Positions 37,427-45,262 of a DNA stretch of 64,000 bases are shown here, piece by piece. The notes under the pieces are model-generated. The model was not told the origin of the DNA. It searched no databases and was given only the letters and a program-made list of their open reading frames with translations. Position 1 is the stretch's first letter, and each line of letters starts with the position of its first letter. Position numbers and translations under genes: made by a program. The stretch is from positions 6,048 through 70,047 of the forward strand of contig CANNMD010000001.1 of assembly GCA_947505655.1 (NCBI GenBank). Direction: 5' to 3'. Source of the DNA: Acidimicrobiaceae bacterium (GTDB taxonomy: Bacteria > Actinomycetota > Acidimicrobiia > Acidimicrobiales > Ilumatobacteraceae).

Positions 37427-38269
37427 ATGGAGGTTGAGAACCGCATCACCGAATCGGGTCCGCAGCTCACCACCGCCGAACGGCGCGTAGCCGAGGTGGT
37501 GCTGAGCAATCCCGAACTGGTGGCTTTTGGCACCGTGGCCGAACTCGCCCAGGCCGCCCAGTCGGGTGCAGCCACGGTGGTGCGCCTCGCAGCAAAGATC
37601 GGCTACGACGGCTTCACAGCACTACAGGCAGCCGTTCAACACGAACTGTCGAACCAACTCCGTCCAGCCGCAGTGCGAATCCGCGAGGCACGCGGGGGAG
37701 TCACTGTGCGCAAGCATCTCCAGCGCGAGATCGACAACGTGCAAAAGACGCTGCTCGCCATCGATGAGCACAGCGTGACCCAAGCAAGCGAGCATCTCGC
37801 CGATCTGTCTCGGGCAGTGCTGGTGCTCAGTGGCGACGCATCCACTGGCGTGAGCAGGCAGTTCGTGGGCGACCTCACGGCGCTTCGCCCCAACGTAGAG
37901 CTGCTCGAAGGCAACGAGGTGGCCATCAGTCGCCGCTTGTCGCAGGTACGCAAAGGCGACATGGTGATCGCCATCGACCTGCGCCGTTACGACCGCTGGG
38001 TGGTCGACGCCGCAACCGAAGCCAAGCGCAAACACGCATGGCTGCTGGCGCTCACCGATAGCGCGCTGTCGCCGCTTGCTGGCCTCGCCAACGCATCGAT
38101 GGTGCTCAGCGCCGGGGGAGTCGGCCCGTTCGACAGCCATGTCGGCACCTTGGCGCTGCTCAACGTGCTCGTTGCCGCAGCCGCCGAACAGCTGCGCGAC
38201 ACAGCAACTGCGCGACTCGATAAGGCCGAGGCGGCGTGGAGCGCCCAATCCAAGCTCATCGATCGTTGA
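37427..38269 (+). CDS. MurR/RpiR family transcriptional regulator (HTH + SIS domain)
   Basis: HTH segments TTAERRVAEVVLSNPELVAFGTVAELAQAAQSGAATVVRLAAKIGYDGF. C-terminal SIS-like segment VLVLSGDASTG. ATG at 37427. Confidence 0.85.
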   Translation: MEVENRITESGPQLTTAERRVAEVVLSNPELVAFGTVAELAQAAQSGAATVVRLAAKIGYDGFTALQAAVQHELSNQLRPAAVRIREARGGVTVRKHLQREIDNVQKTLLAIDEHSVTQASEHLADLSRAVLVLSGDASTGVSRQFVGDLTALRPNVELLEGNEVAISRRLSQVRKGDMVIAIDLRRYDRWVVDAATEAKRKHAWLLALTDSALSPLAGLANASMVLSAGGVGPFDSHVGTLALLNVLVAAAAEQLRDTATARLDKAEAAWSAQSKLIDR

Positions 38270-38285
38270 TTCGCCGCTGATCCAG

Positions 38286-38308
38286 TAGTTTTGTCAGGGT
38301 GACGAAAC
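38286..38308 (+). repeat. palindromic element, copy 1
   Basis: tagttttgtcagggtgacgaaac. It forms a 9-bp stem (one G-U pair) with loop ggg. It matches 22 of 23 nt of the copy at 39167-39189. It lies 17 nt after the rpiR stop and contains the GTG at 38299. Confidence 0.8.
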
Positions 38309-38655
38309 GAACCAGCGAATCGCCCGCAGGGGAGAAGCGGTGCCTGTGGTGCCGTCGGCCGCTTCCCGCGCCCGCAACAACCGGCAGGCCACGGGTGTAT
38401 TGCCGTCAGAGCTGCCGCCAGCAGGACTACGAATCACGCACCCGCTCGACCGAACTGAGCCTGGGCGACAACGAACTTGTGGTGGCGCGAAACCAAATCG
38501 ACGAGTTGCGCGACGCCGCTCACGTGCTGGCCTATGCCGTTGACGACACCGAACGCGATCTTGCCGCCGCGGCGAACCCGACGAAGGCCGAGCTTCGCGA
38601 CATGCTTGCCTGGCTACTCGACGCAGCAAGGCCTTTGCGCACCCTTACTCGGTGA
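38299..38655 (+). CDS. hypothetical zinc-ribbon protein with C-terminal helical region
   Basis: 118 aa. CLWC...GRPRVYCRQSCRQQDYESR is a CxxC...CxxxC motif seen in many actinobacterial accessory proteins. GTG start. Confidence 0.5.
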   Translation: MTKRTSESPAGEKRCLWCRRPLPAPATTGRPRVYCRQSCRQQDYESRTRSTELSLGDNELVVARNQIDELRDAAHVLAYAVDDTERDLAAAANPTKAELRDMLAWLLDAARPLRTLTR

Positions 38656-38746
38656 CTTTCGGCCCTATCGACGCGGCAAACGCTTTCGTACCGTGCTTGG
38701 CATGCGGTACCCACCGCACATACGGGTTTGAAAGTGAGTTCACAAC

Positions 38747-39142
38747 ATGACGCTTCGCCATACGGTCGTCTGGCTCGACCATCAGGACGCGACCATCATC
38801 GATTTCTCATTCGATGCTCAACACGTCCTGCACGTGCACCACGACGCCGAAGACCGCAAGCTGCACCACAAGGTGAACACCATCGGCTCAGGGCGAACCC
38901 CCGAGGATCCCGAGTACTTCAGGCAGATCGTTGCCGTCATGAAGGACGCTCACGATGTGCTCATCGCCGGACCAAGCACCGCGAAGTTGGCGTTCCACAA
39001 ACACCTCATCAAGCACGAGCCGGCACTTGCCCGCAAGGTGATTGCGGTCGAGACGATCAACCACCCATCCGAGGGACAATTGCTGGATTACGCCCGCAAG
39101 TATTTCAAGGCAGTGGACAACATGGTCGGCCACCACGGCTAA
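38747..39142 (+). CDS. small eRF1/Pelota-domain-like protein ('translational machinery protein' family, from memory)
   Basis: 131 aa: MTLRHTVVWLDHQDATIIDF...HHKVNTIGSGRTPEDPEYFRQI...LIAGPSTAKLAFHKHL...VETINHPSEGQLLDYARKYFK. Matches my recollection of that ~130-aa family. Not verified. Confidence 0.6.
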   Translation: MTLRHTVVWLDHQDATIIDFSFDAQHVLHVHHDAEDRKLHHKVNTIGSGRTPEDPEYFRQIVAVMKDAHDVLIAGPSTAKLAFHKHLIKHEPALARKVIAVETINHPSEGQLLDYARKYFKAVDNMVGHHG

Positions 39143-39164
39143 GCAGACGCACTGCTGATATCGA

Positions 39165-39193
39165 CTTAGTTTCGTCAGGGTGACGAAACTAAG
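39165..39193 (+). repeat. palindromic element, copy 2 (perfect 13-bp stem, ggg loop); terminator-like
   Basis: cttagtttcgtca-ggg-tgacgaaactaag, 22 nt after the stop at 39142. The core gtcagggtgacgaaac is identical to 38293-38308. Confidence 0.8.
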
Positions 39194-39619
39194 CCTGACG
39201 CAGGGAAGCGGGCCATCGATTGAAGCCCGCTTTGAGCCGCGCCGTTCGACTGCTTGGCAGCCAACACGCCGAGGCGAACCGAAGTCGCACCGAACGACAG
39301 CAGGCGCGCCACACACACCGAACACATCGACGCGCGCCCAGCGCAGGTCAGGTCAGGCGTGCCCGGCGCATCCAATCGGCGCCCAACACCGCACAAGCCG
39401 CACAAGCAACACTCAACACCGCAACTGCCGACTTCGACCACTTCCGTCGCATCGCCGATAATCATCGTTATGTCAACTACGGCAGAGTCAAGCTGGTACA
39501 GGGCTTCAGCCACTACCCGCCCGCCCTCGCCCGCCACCGCCCAGCGAAGTGGCGGCGCTCACGCCCCACACGGGCGCCTACGCCGCCAGTTCGCGGCGTC
39601 AACTTGGTGTCGGCAACAT

Positions 39620-40423
39620 TCACTGCAGCACAGCCACTGGCGCACGCAGACGCGCTCGAATTACTGCGACCCCACGCTGGGTGCCGTAGGCCACGGCCAG
39701 CACCATTCCCGCCACTACCCCATCGAGCCACCAATGATTAGCGGTTGCCGTAACCGACAAGATGGTCAGCACTGGGTGCAGCAGCACGAGCCAACGCCAC
39801 TTACTCGTACTAATGGTTACGGCAGCGAAGCCAACGACGAGGGCCCAGCCCACGTGCTGTGAAGGCATCGCTGCGAGTTGATTCGACATACCGCTACCTC
39901 CCCTGCCGTAGACCGACAACCCATACCGCAAGCCCGCGTCGACGAAACCGAGGTCAGGAAAAAACCGCGGAGGTGCCATTGGAATCATCTGGATGGTGAG
40001 ACATCCGGCGATCATCAACGCGAGGCTGGTGCGCACCCGCGAGTAACGCTCGCGGTGACGAAAGAACAGCCAGATCAACAAGATGCCGACTGCTGGCACG
40101 TGCATCCCGCCGTAATACACGTTGAGAAACTGCATGATGAGTTTGTGATCGATGAGGGCTCGCTGCAGGCTCAGTTCGCTTGGTAGATGCATCGAGCGCT
40201 CAAGGTTCCACAGCCACATCGCGTGCTCCATGGCTCCGGCCGTTTTGTTCACTGCAAGGTCGTGCGCGTATTGCCACAGCGCATACAGCCCAAGCACCAA
40301 CGAGAGCTCTTTGGCGGTAGCGATAAATGCGGGTGTCCAGCGGTGACGCACCCGAGTCGCTGACAGTGCAATTGCGATCAGGGCGGCGGCCATCTTGAGG
40401 GCGGTCTGCCAGGACAACAACAT
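39620..40423 (-). CDS. PAP2-superfamily integral membrane protein (PAP2_C / inositol-phosphoceramide- or sphingomyelin-synthase-like)
   Basis: Multi-pass membrane protein. Contains AAMPSQHVGWALVV and a distal HWWLD motif. Confidence 0.75.
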   Translation of the reverse strand: MLLSWQTALKMAAALIAIALSATRVRHRWTPAFIATAKELSLVLGLYALWQYAHDLAVNKTAGAMEHAMWLWNLERSMHLPSELSLQRALIDHKLIMQFLNVYYGGMHVPAVGILLIWLFFRHRERYSRVRTSLALMIAGCLTIQMIPMAPPRFFPDLGFVDAGLRYGLSVYGRGGSGMSNQLAAMPSQHVGWALVVGFAAVTISTSKWRWLVLLHPVLTILSVTATANHWWLDGVVAGMVLAVAYGTQRGVAVIRARLRAPVAVLQ

Positions 40424-40509
40424 GGACGCACCTCCTTCGAATCGACAGCCATCAATCTTGGCAGGTCTGATCGCGTGACAACATTCGACAACTCACTAAT
40501 CTGCCAACG

Positions 40510-41115
40510 ATGCAGATTCGACGGGCCCTCGCAACCGACAGGGACGCGCTCTACGACATTTGCGTTCGAACCGCCGACTTTGGCCGCGACGGACGCCACC
40601 TGTACGAGGACCATGAGCTACCCGGGCACATGTGGGCAGGCGCCTATCTCGCGCTCGAGCCTCGCTTGGCGTTTGTGGTTGCCGACGATGACGGTGTCGC
40701 CGGCTACGTGATCGGAGCGCTCGACACCATCGATTTCGAGCAGCGCCTCGAGTTGGATTGGTGGCCAGCGCTACGAGATCGCTACCCGAACCCAGCCGGC
40801 ATAGCTCGTGACCTGCGCTCGCGTGATCAACAGATCCACCGATCGATGCACAGGCCTGTACTCACACCGCACGAGCACATCGGCGCGCACCCGTCGCATC
40901 TGCACATCGACTTGCTCCCGCGAGCGCAAGGCCGCGGCCTAGGCGCGGCGATGATGACCACGCTGCTCAACGCGTTACTCGCCCTTGGCTCCCCCGGTGT
41001 TCACCTTGGCTTGAGTCCGTCAAATGAGCGAGCCGTTGCGTTCTACAAGCATCTCGAGTTCACAACTCTTGCCGAGTTCGGTGAACACGGATTACTGATG
41101 GGCATGCGGCTCTAG
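40510..41115 (+). CDS. GNAT family N-acetyltransferase
   Basis: 201 aa. Begins MQIRRALATDRDALYDI. Contains RAQGRGLGAAMM (Q/RxxGxG/A). Confidence 0.75.
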   Translation: MQIRRALATDRDALYDICVRTADFGRDGRHLYEDHELPGHMWAGAYLALEPRLAFVVADDDGVAGYVIGALDTIDFEQRLELDWWPALRDRYPNPAGIARDLRSRDQQIHRSMHRPVLTPHEHIGAHPSHLHIDLLPRAQGRGLGAAMMTTLLNALLALGSPGVHLGLSPSNERAVAFYKHLEFTTLAEFGEHGLLMGMRL

Positions 41116-41137
41116 CGAGGCGCTGCGAGCTACGTAC

Positions 41138-42244
41138 CTAACTCGTTGCGCAAACTCCGGCAACGCTGCCGATTGCGGTGGTACGACGCGACTCGCGCAG
41201 CACGTTTTCATCGAGACCGTTGGTGCAATACCCAAGGCTCAGTCCAGACACCGGGTCGCCCCAAGCGATCTGGCCTTTGGCTCCGTTATGGCCGATGGTG
41301 AGCGGCGATACGGTGCGGCCCATACCGCGGTAATTGCTCTTGCCGTCGTCGCCCGCTTGCACCAAACCTAAGGTGCGGTTCGACTTAACGCCGGTCAGCA
41401 GGTCGGGAAGACGGTTACGCACATTGGTCTTGGCATCGTGGAGCACGTCGGCGTTCCACATGCCTGCGGGATTATGCAACACAGCCTGGTAGTACATCGC
41501 CAGATCGGCGGCACGCATGACGCCTCCCCCACCAGGGATACCTACGCGCTGCACCTCGGGCCGGTTGAAGCCCATCAACGCATCGTCGGTCACTTCGGTG
41601 ACGGGCAACTCGCGCACGCCGAATGCGGCTTCGAGTTCGTCGGGCGACGCTTGCTCGCCAACCAAGATCAGTTCCGCCGCAACATGAGGCACATCGCCGA
41701 GCACGCGCGGCAAGCCTGCTGGAGTGGTGACGCGATCTTGCACCACGGTTCGATAGTCGATGCCGGTGACGCGCTCGATGATCTCGGCAAGCACCCAGTG
41801 CGCTGACGACGGGTGATATTCGAACCGTGTGCCTGGCTGCCAGTTGAGTCGCCACTTCGCGAAAGCTGTGGTGCGCCCTGCGCTGGTGTCGCCGTCTGGA
41901 CCCGACAACGGTGCCGATGGAAAGCCCGACGTGTGCAGCATGACCTGCTCGACGGTGATGATCTCTTTGCCGTTGGTGCCGAACTCGGGGATGTAGTCGG
42001 TGACCAAGCGCATCGGATCCACAAGACCGTCGCCGATGAGCGCCCAGATTGCACCCGCCACGAAGGTCTTCGTGGCCGAGTAGACAATGAAACGGGTGTC
42101 ATTCGTCGCGTCGCCAAATGTCTCGAATGCAACGAGCTCGCCCTGATAGGCCAACGCAACCTGGGACGCCGGCAACAAGCCCTCGTCAACCTCGCGCTTG
42201 GCCCGCTCGAGCAACTTCTGAACTGCAGCCTGGTCAATACCCAT
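41138..42244 (-). CDS. serine hydrolase, beta-lactamase/esterase (class C-like) family
   Basis: SxxK motif in VYSATKTF. YxN-like segment. 368 aa. Confidence 0.85.
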   Translation of the reverse strand: MGIDQAAVQKLLERAKREVDEGLLPASQVALAYQGELVAFETFGDATNDTRFIVYSATKTFVAGAIWALIGDGLVDPMRLVTDYIPEFGTNGKEIITVEQVMLHTSGFPSAPLSGPDGDTSAGRTTAFAKWRLNWQPGTRFEYHPSSAHWVLAEIIERVTGIDYRTVVQDRVTTPAGLPRVLGDVPHVAAELILVGEQASPDELEAAFGVRELPVTEVTDDALMGFNRPEVQRVGIPGGGGVMRAADLAMYYQAVLHNPAGMWNADVLHDAKTNVRNRLPDLLTGVKSNRTLGLVQAGDDGKSNYRGMGRTVSPLTIGHNGAKGQIAWGDPVSGLSLGYCTNGLDENVLRESRRTTAIGSVAGVCATS

Positions 42245-42326
42245 GTGACTCCCCCTCGGTTCGCTTGCACACTACGCAGGTCATACAGCCCCAGCGTTAC
42301 CGACCGGTTCGTCTACACTCGGCGAC

Positions 42327-42836
42327 ATGTCAGCGCCGACGACACCATTGGTTGGAATCATCATGGGGTCACGGTCCGATCTCGACACGATGCAGCACGC
42401 ACTCGACACCTTGCGGTCGCTCGACATTGCCTTTGAGGCGCGTGTTGTCAGCGCCCATCGCACTCCCGACCTGCTGTTCGAATACGCATCAACCGCCGAG
42501 GCCCGCGGCCTTGAGGTCATCATTGCTGGCGCTGGCGGGGCGGCACATCTGCCCGGCATGTGCGCTGCGAAAACCACCATTCCGGTGCTCGGAGTGCCCG
42601 TGCAGTCGCGAATGTTGTCGGGTGTCGACTCATTGCTCTCCATCGTGCAGATGCCCGCAGGTATACCCGTGGGCACGCTCGCGATCGGCAAAGCCGGAGC
42701 CATCAACGCTGCACTGCTCGCTGCAAGCATCGTCGCCAACTCGCGTCCCGATGTGCGCGAGCGACTGCGCGCATTTCGCGATTCGCAGACCGCCACCGTG
42801 CTCGACGACTCGTGGATCGAAGGCGCACCGCAATGA
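42327..42836 (+). CDS. purE: N5-carboxyaminoimidazole ribonucleotide mutase
   Basis: Contains [22 protein letters not shown], and [11 protein letters not shown]. Confidence 0.92.
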   Translation: MSAPTTPLVGIIMGSRSDLDTMQHALDTLRSLDIAFEARVVSAHRTPDLLFEYASTAEARGLEVIIAGAGGAAHLPGMCAAKTTIPVLGVPVQSRMLSGVDSLLSIVQMPAGIPVGTLAIGKAGAINAALLAASIVANSRPDVRERLRAFRDSQTATVLDDSWIEGAPQ

Positions 42837-42842
42837 CCCACC

Positions 42843-44018
42843 GTGCCGATGCCTGAACCCATCCTTCCCGGCGCCACGATTGGCATTCTTGGCGGTGGCC
42901 AACTTGCTCGAATGCTCGCTCTCGCAGCACAGCCAATGGGCTACCACGTCGTCGTGCTCGACCCTGATCCACAGTGTCCCGCGGCGGCCGTGTGTGATCG
43001 CGTCATCGTGTCTGCGTTCGACGACAACGACGGTCTCGCTCAGTTGGCCCATGCCGTCGACGTGGTCACGCTCGAATTCGAAAACGTGCCGAGCGCCGCG
43101 CTCGACGCGCTTGAAGCGCTCGTGCCAGTTCGACCTGGTCGGCACGTACTTGAGATCGCTCGCGACCGCGTGCTCGAAAAGACCTTTCTCAACAGCATTG
43201 GCGTAGAGACCGCTCCGTGGGCAACCATCGAGACCGACGCCGACCTCGCCACCGACGCTGTCGCTCACAAATTCCCGGCCGTCATCAAGACATCAACGTT
43301 GGGCTACGACGGCAAGGGCCAAGCTCGCGTGACCAACATCGACGAGGCCCACGAGGCGTGGCAGCAGATGGGGCGCAACCCGTGCGTTATTGAGTCGCTG
43401 GTCGATTTCTCAATGGAGATCTCCGTCATCGTGGCGCGCTCGGCAAGCGGCGAGCAACGCTCATTTGCTCCGTTCGAAAACCAGCACCGCAACAGCATTC
43501 TCGACATTACGTTGTGGCCAGCCCGTATCGACCCAACCGTCGCCGTGTCGGCCGTGAACACAGCGCTCGAAATTTCACGCCAGATCAATGCGATAGGCCT
43601 TCTTACTGTCGAGATGTTCGTCACTCGCGCTACCGAGACGCAACCGTCGCGAATCGTGGTCAACGAAATCGCACCGCGGCCTCACAACTCTGGTCACGTC
43701 ACCATCGAGGCCTCACCCACATCACAATTCGCCCAGGCTATTCGTGCTGTGTGCGATCTGCCGCTTGGCGATGTCACGCCGCACTCCCCTGGCGCCATGG
43801 CAAATCTGCTCGGCGATCTTTGGCCACGCGACGCGCGTCCGTCGGCCGCGCCACCCCACTCGCTGGCGGCTCTACAGAGCGGTGCGACGATGCATCTCTA
43901 CGGCAAGAGCGAAGCCCGACCCGGGCGCAAGATGGGCCACATCACTGCTTTGGGCGCCACCCACGACAACGCACTCGGCTCTGTCCTTGCAGCACGGGGC
44001 GCAATCGAAACCTTGTGA
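42843..44018 (+). CDS. purK: N5-carboxyaminoimidazole ribonucleotide synthase
   Basis: Contains IGILGGGQLARM, ATP-grasp segments, NEIAPRPHNSGH and GRKMGH. Confidence 0.9.
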   Translation: MPMPEPILPGATIGILGGGQLARMLALAAQPMGYHVVVLDPDPQCPAAAVCDRVIVSAFDDNDGLAQLAHAVDVVTLEFENVPSAALDALEALVPVRPGRHVLEIARDRVLEKTFLNSIGVETAPWATIETDADLATDAVAHKFPAVIKTSTLGYDGKGQARVTNIDEAHEAWQQMGRNPCVIESLVDFSMEISVIVARSASGEQRSFAPFENQHRNSILDITLWPARIDPTVAVSAVNTALEISRQINAIGLLTVEMFVTRATETQPSRIVVNEIAPRPHNSGHVTIEASPTSQFAQAIRAVCDLPLGDVTPHSPGAMANLLGDLWPRDARPSAAPPHSLAALQSGATMHLYGKSEARPGRKMGHITALGATHDNALGSVLAARGAIETL

Positions 44019-44061
44019 ATCGACATCTCGTGTGGGCCGCCTACATGACAAACTCACCAAC

Positions 44062-44835
44062 GTGATTCTCGACGTACAGTTCAACGCATCCACCACTCCT
44101 TGGCCCGAACTGCGTGATGCAGTGATTGCAGCGCAAGAGGCCGGTTACGGCGTCGCTTGGGTCCTCGATCACCTCGCCGGCCAGGTGATGCGCGGCGATC
44201 AGATGCTCGAGTGCTTCACCTGGGTTGGCGCGCTGGCCGCATCGACCACAACGATCGGCATCGGAACACTTGTTGCCAACGTCTGGAATCGTCCTGTCGC
44301 AGTGCTCGCAGCCGCCGCAGCCTCGGCCCAAATCATCTCTGACGGTCGCTTCTGGTTGGGCATCGGCGCTGGTGCATCTCCGGCATCGCCGTTCGGCGCC
44401 GAACACGCCGCTGTCGGCATCGCGCTACATCCCGACATGGCAACGCGTCATGCGCGAGTTCAAGAGTTCATCGATATGAGCCGCACAATGTGGGCCGCCG
44501 GCGAAGTCAACGGGGTCACCGGATTCCCGATTCCGCCAACCACTCCCCCAATGATCGTGGGCGTGAACAGCGTTGCTCTGGCCACTCTGGCGGCACGCGA
44601 AACCGACGGCATCAACATCCGGTGGAACCATCCGCGCTTCGAGGCGATTATCGAAGCCGCACGCGAGGCGCGCCCTGCGGGCATGGCGCCGCTGGTGGTC
44701 ACCACATGGGAACCATGGAGCGAAGAACTGATGGACGAAGGCTCACCTCAACGCGAGCTCTATACGAAGCTTGCGGTGGATCGGCTCATCGTTGTTCAGT
44801 TCGATAGAGCCGATCCATCCAAGATCGCGTTGTAA
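44062..44835 (+). CDS. luciferase-like monooxygenase (LLM) class oxidoreductase, possibly F420-dependent
   Basis: GTG at 44062. Contains GYGVAWVLDHL, IGIGTLVAN and WLGIGAG. Confidence 0.75.
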   Translation: MILDVQFNASTTPWPELRDAVIAAQEAGYGVAWVLDHLAGQVMRGDQMLECFTWVGALAASTTTIGIGTLVANVWNRPVAVLAAAAASAQIISDGRFWLGIGAGASPASPFGAEHAAVGIALHPDMATRHARVQEFIDMSRTMWAAGEVNGVTGFPIPPTTPPMIVGVNSVALATLAARETDGINIRWNHPRFEAIIEAAREARPAGMAPLVVTTWEPWSEELMDEGSPQRELYTKLAVDRLIVVQFDRADPSKIAL

Positions 44836-44849
44836 CCAAACGCTGTTGG

Positions 44850-45227
44850 CTAGCGAGCGCCCAACAGGTCGACAACGAACACCAAGGTCTCGTTGGGCTT
44901 AATGACGCCGCCAGCACCCTGCGCGCCGTAGCCCATGCTTGGCGGAATCGTGAGGCGACGACGGCCGCCGAGCTTCATGCCCTCGACGCCCTTGTCCCAG
45001 CCAGTGATGACTTGGCCAGCGCCGAGGCGGAACTGGAATGTGTCGCGACGATCCCAGCTGGCATCGAACTGCTTGCCGGTGCTCCAAGAAACGCCCACGT
45101 AGTGAACGTCGACCGACATGCCTGCAACGGCAGTATGGCCGTCGCCCACGATGAGATCTTCGATCAGTAGGTCGGTTGGCGCGTCGCCAGCGGGGATAGT
45201 TACTTCGGGTTTGGTGAGGTCACTCAT
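44850..45227 (-). CDS. FKBP-type peptidyl-prolyl cis-trans isomerase
   Basis: Contains FDASWDRRDTFQFRLGAGQVITGWDKGVEGMKLGGRR...IPPSMGYG. Confidence 0.88.
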   Translation of the reverse strand: MSDLTKPEVTIPAGDAPTDLLIEDLIVGDGHTAVAGMSVDVHYVGVSWSTGKQFDASWDRRDTFQFRLGAGQVITGWDKGVEGMKLGGRRRLTIPPSMGYGAQGAGGVIKPNETLVFVVDLLGAR

Positions 45228-45262
45228 GGGTTTGCACGCTACCGGCGTCGTAATGTCTGTGC

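Noticed and set aside
39175-39862. ORFs 39175..39537(-), 39180..39461(+), 39220..39741(+), 39254..39862(+)
   Set aside because: They are not called as CDS. They are mutually overlapping and mostly low complexity, with no motif. Two of them run into the PAP2 gene on the opposite strand. They are kept as an open question in the findings rather than as features.
42118-43206. 362-aa + strand ORF spanning the esterase 5' end, purE and part of purK
   Set aside because: It is out of frame with purE and purK, which are unambiguous. It is Pro/Ser/Cys-rich.
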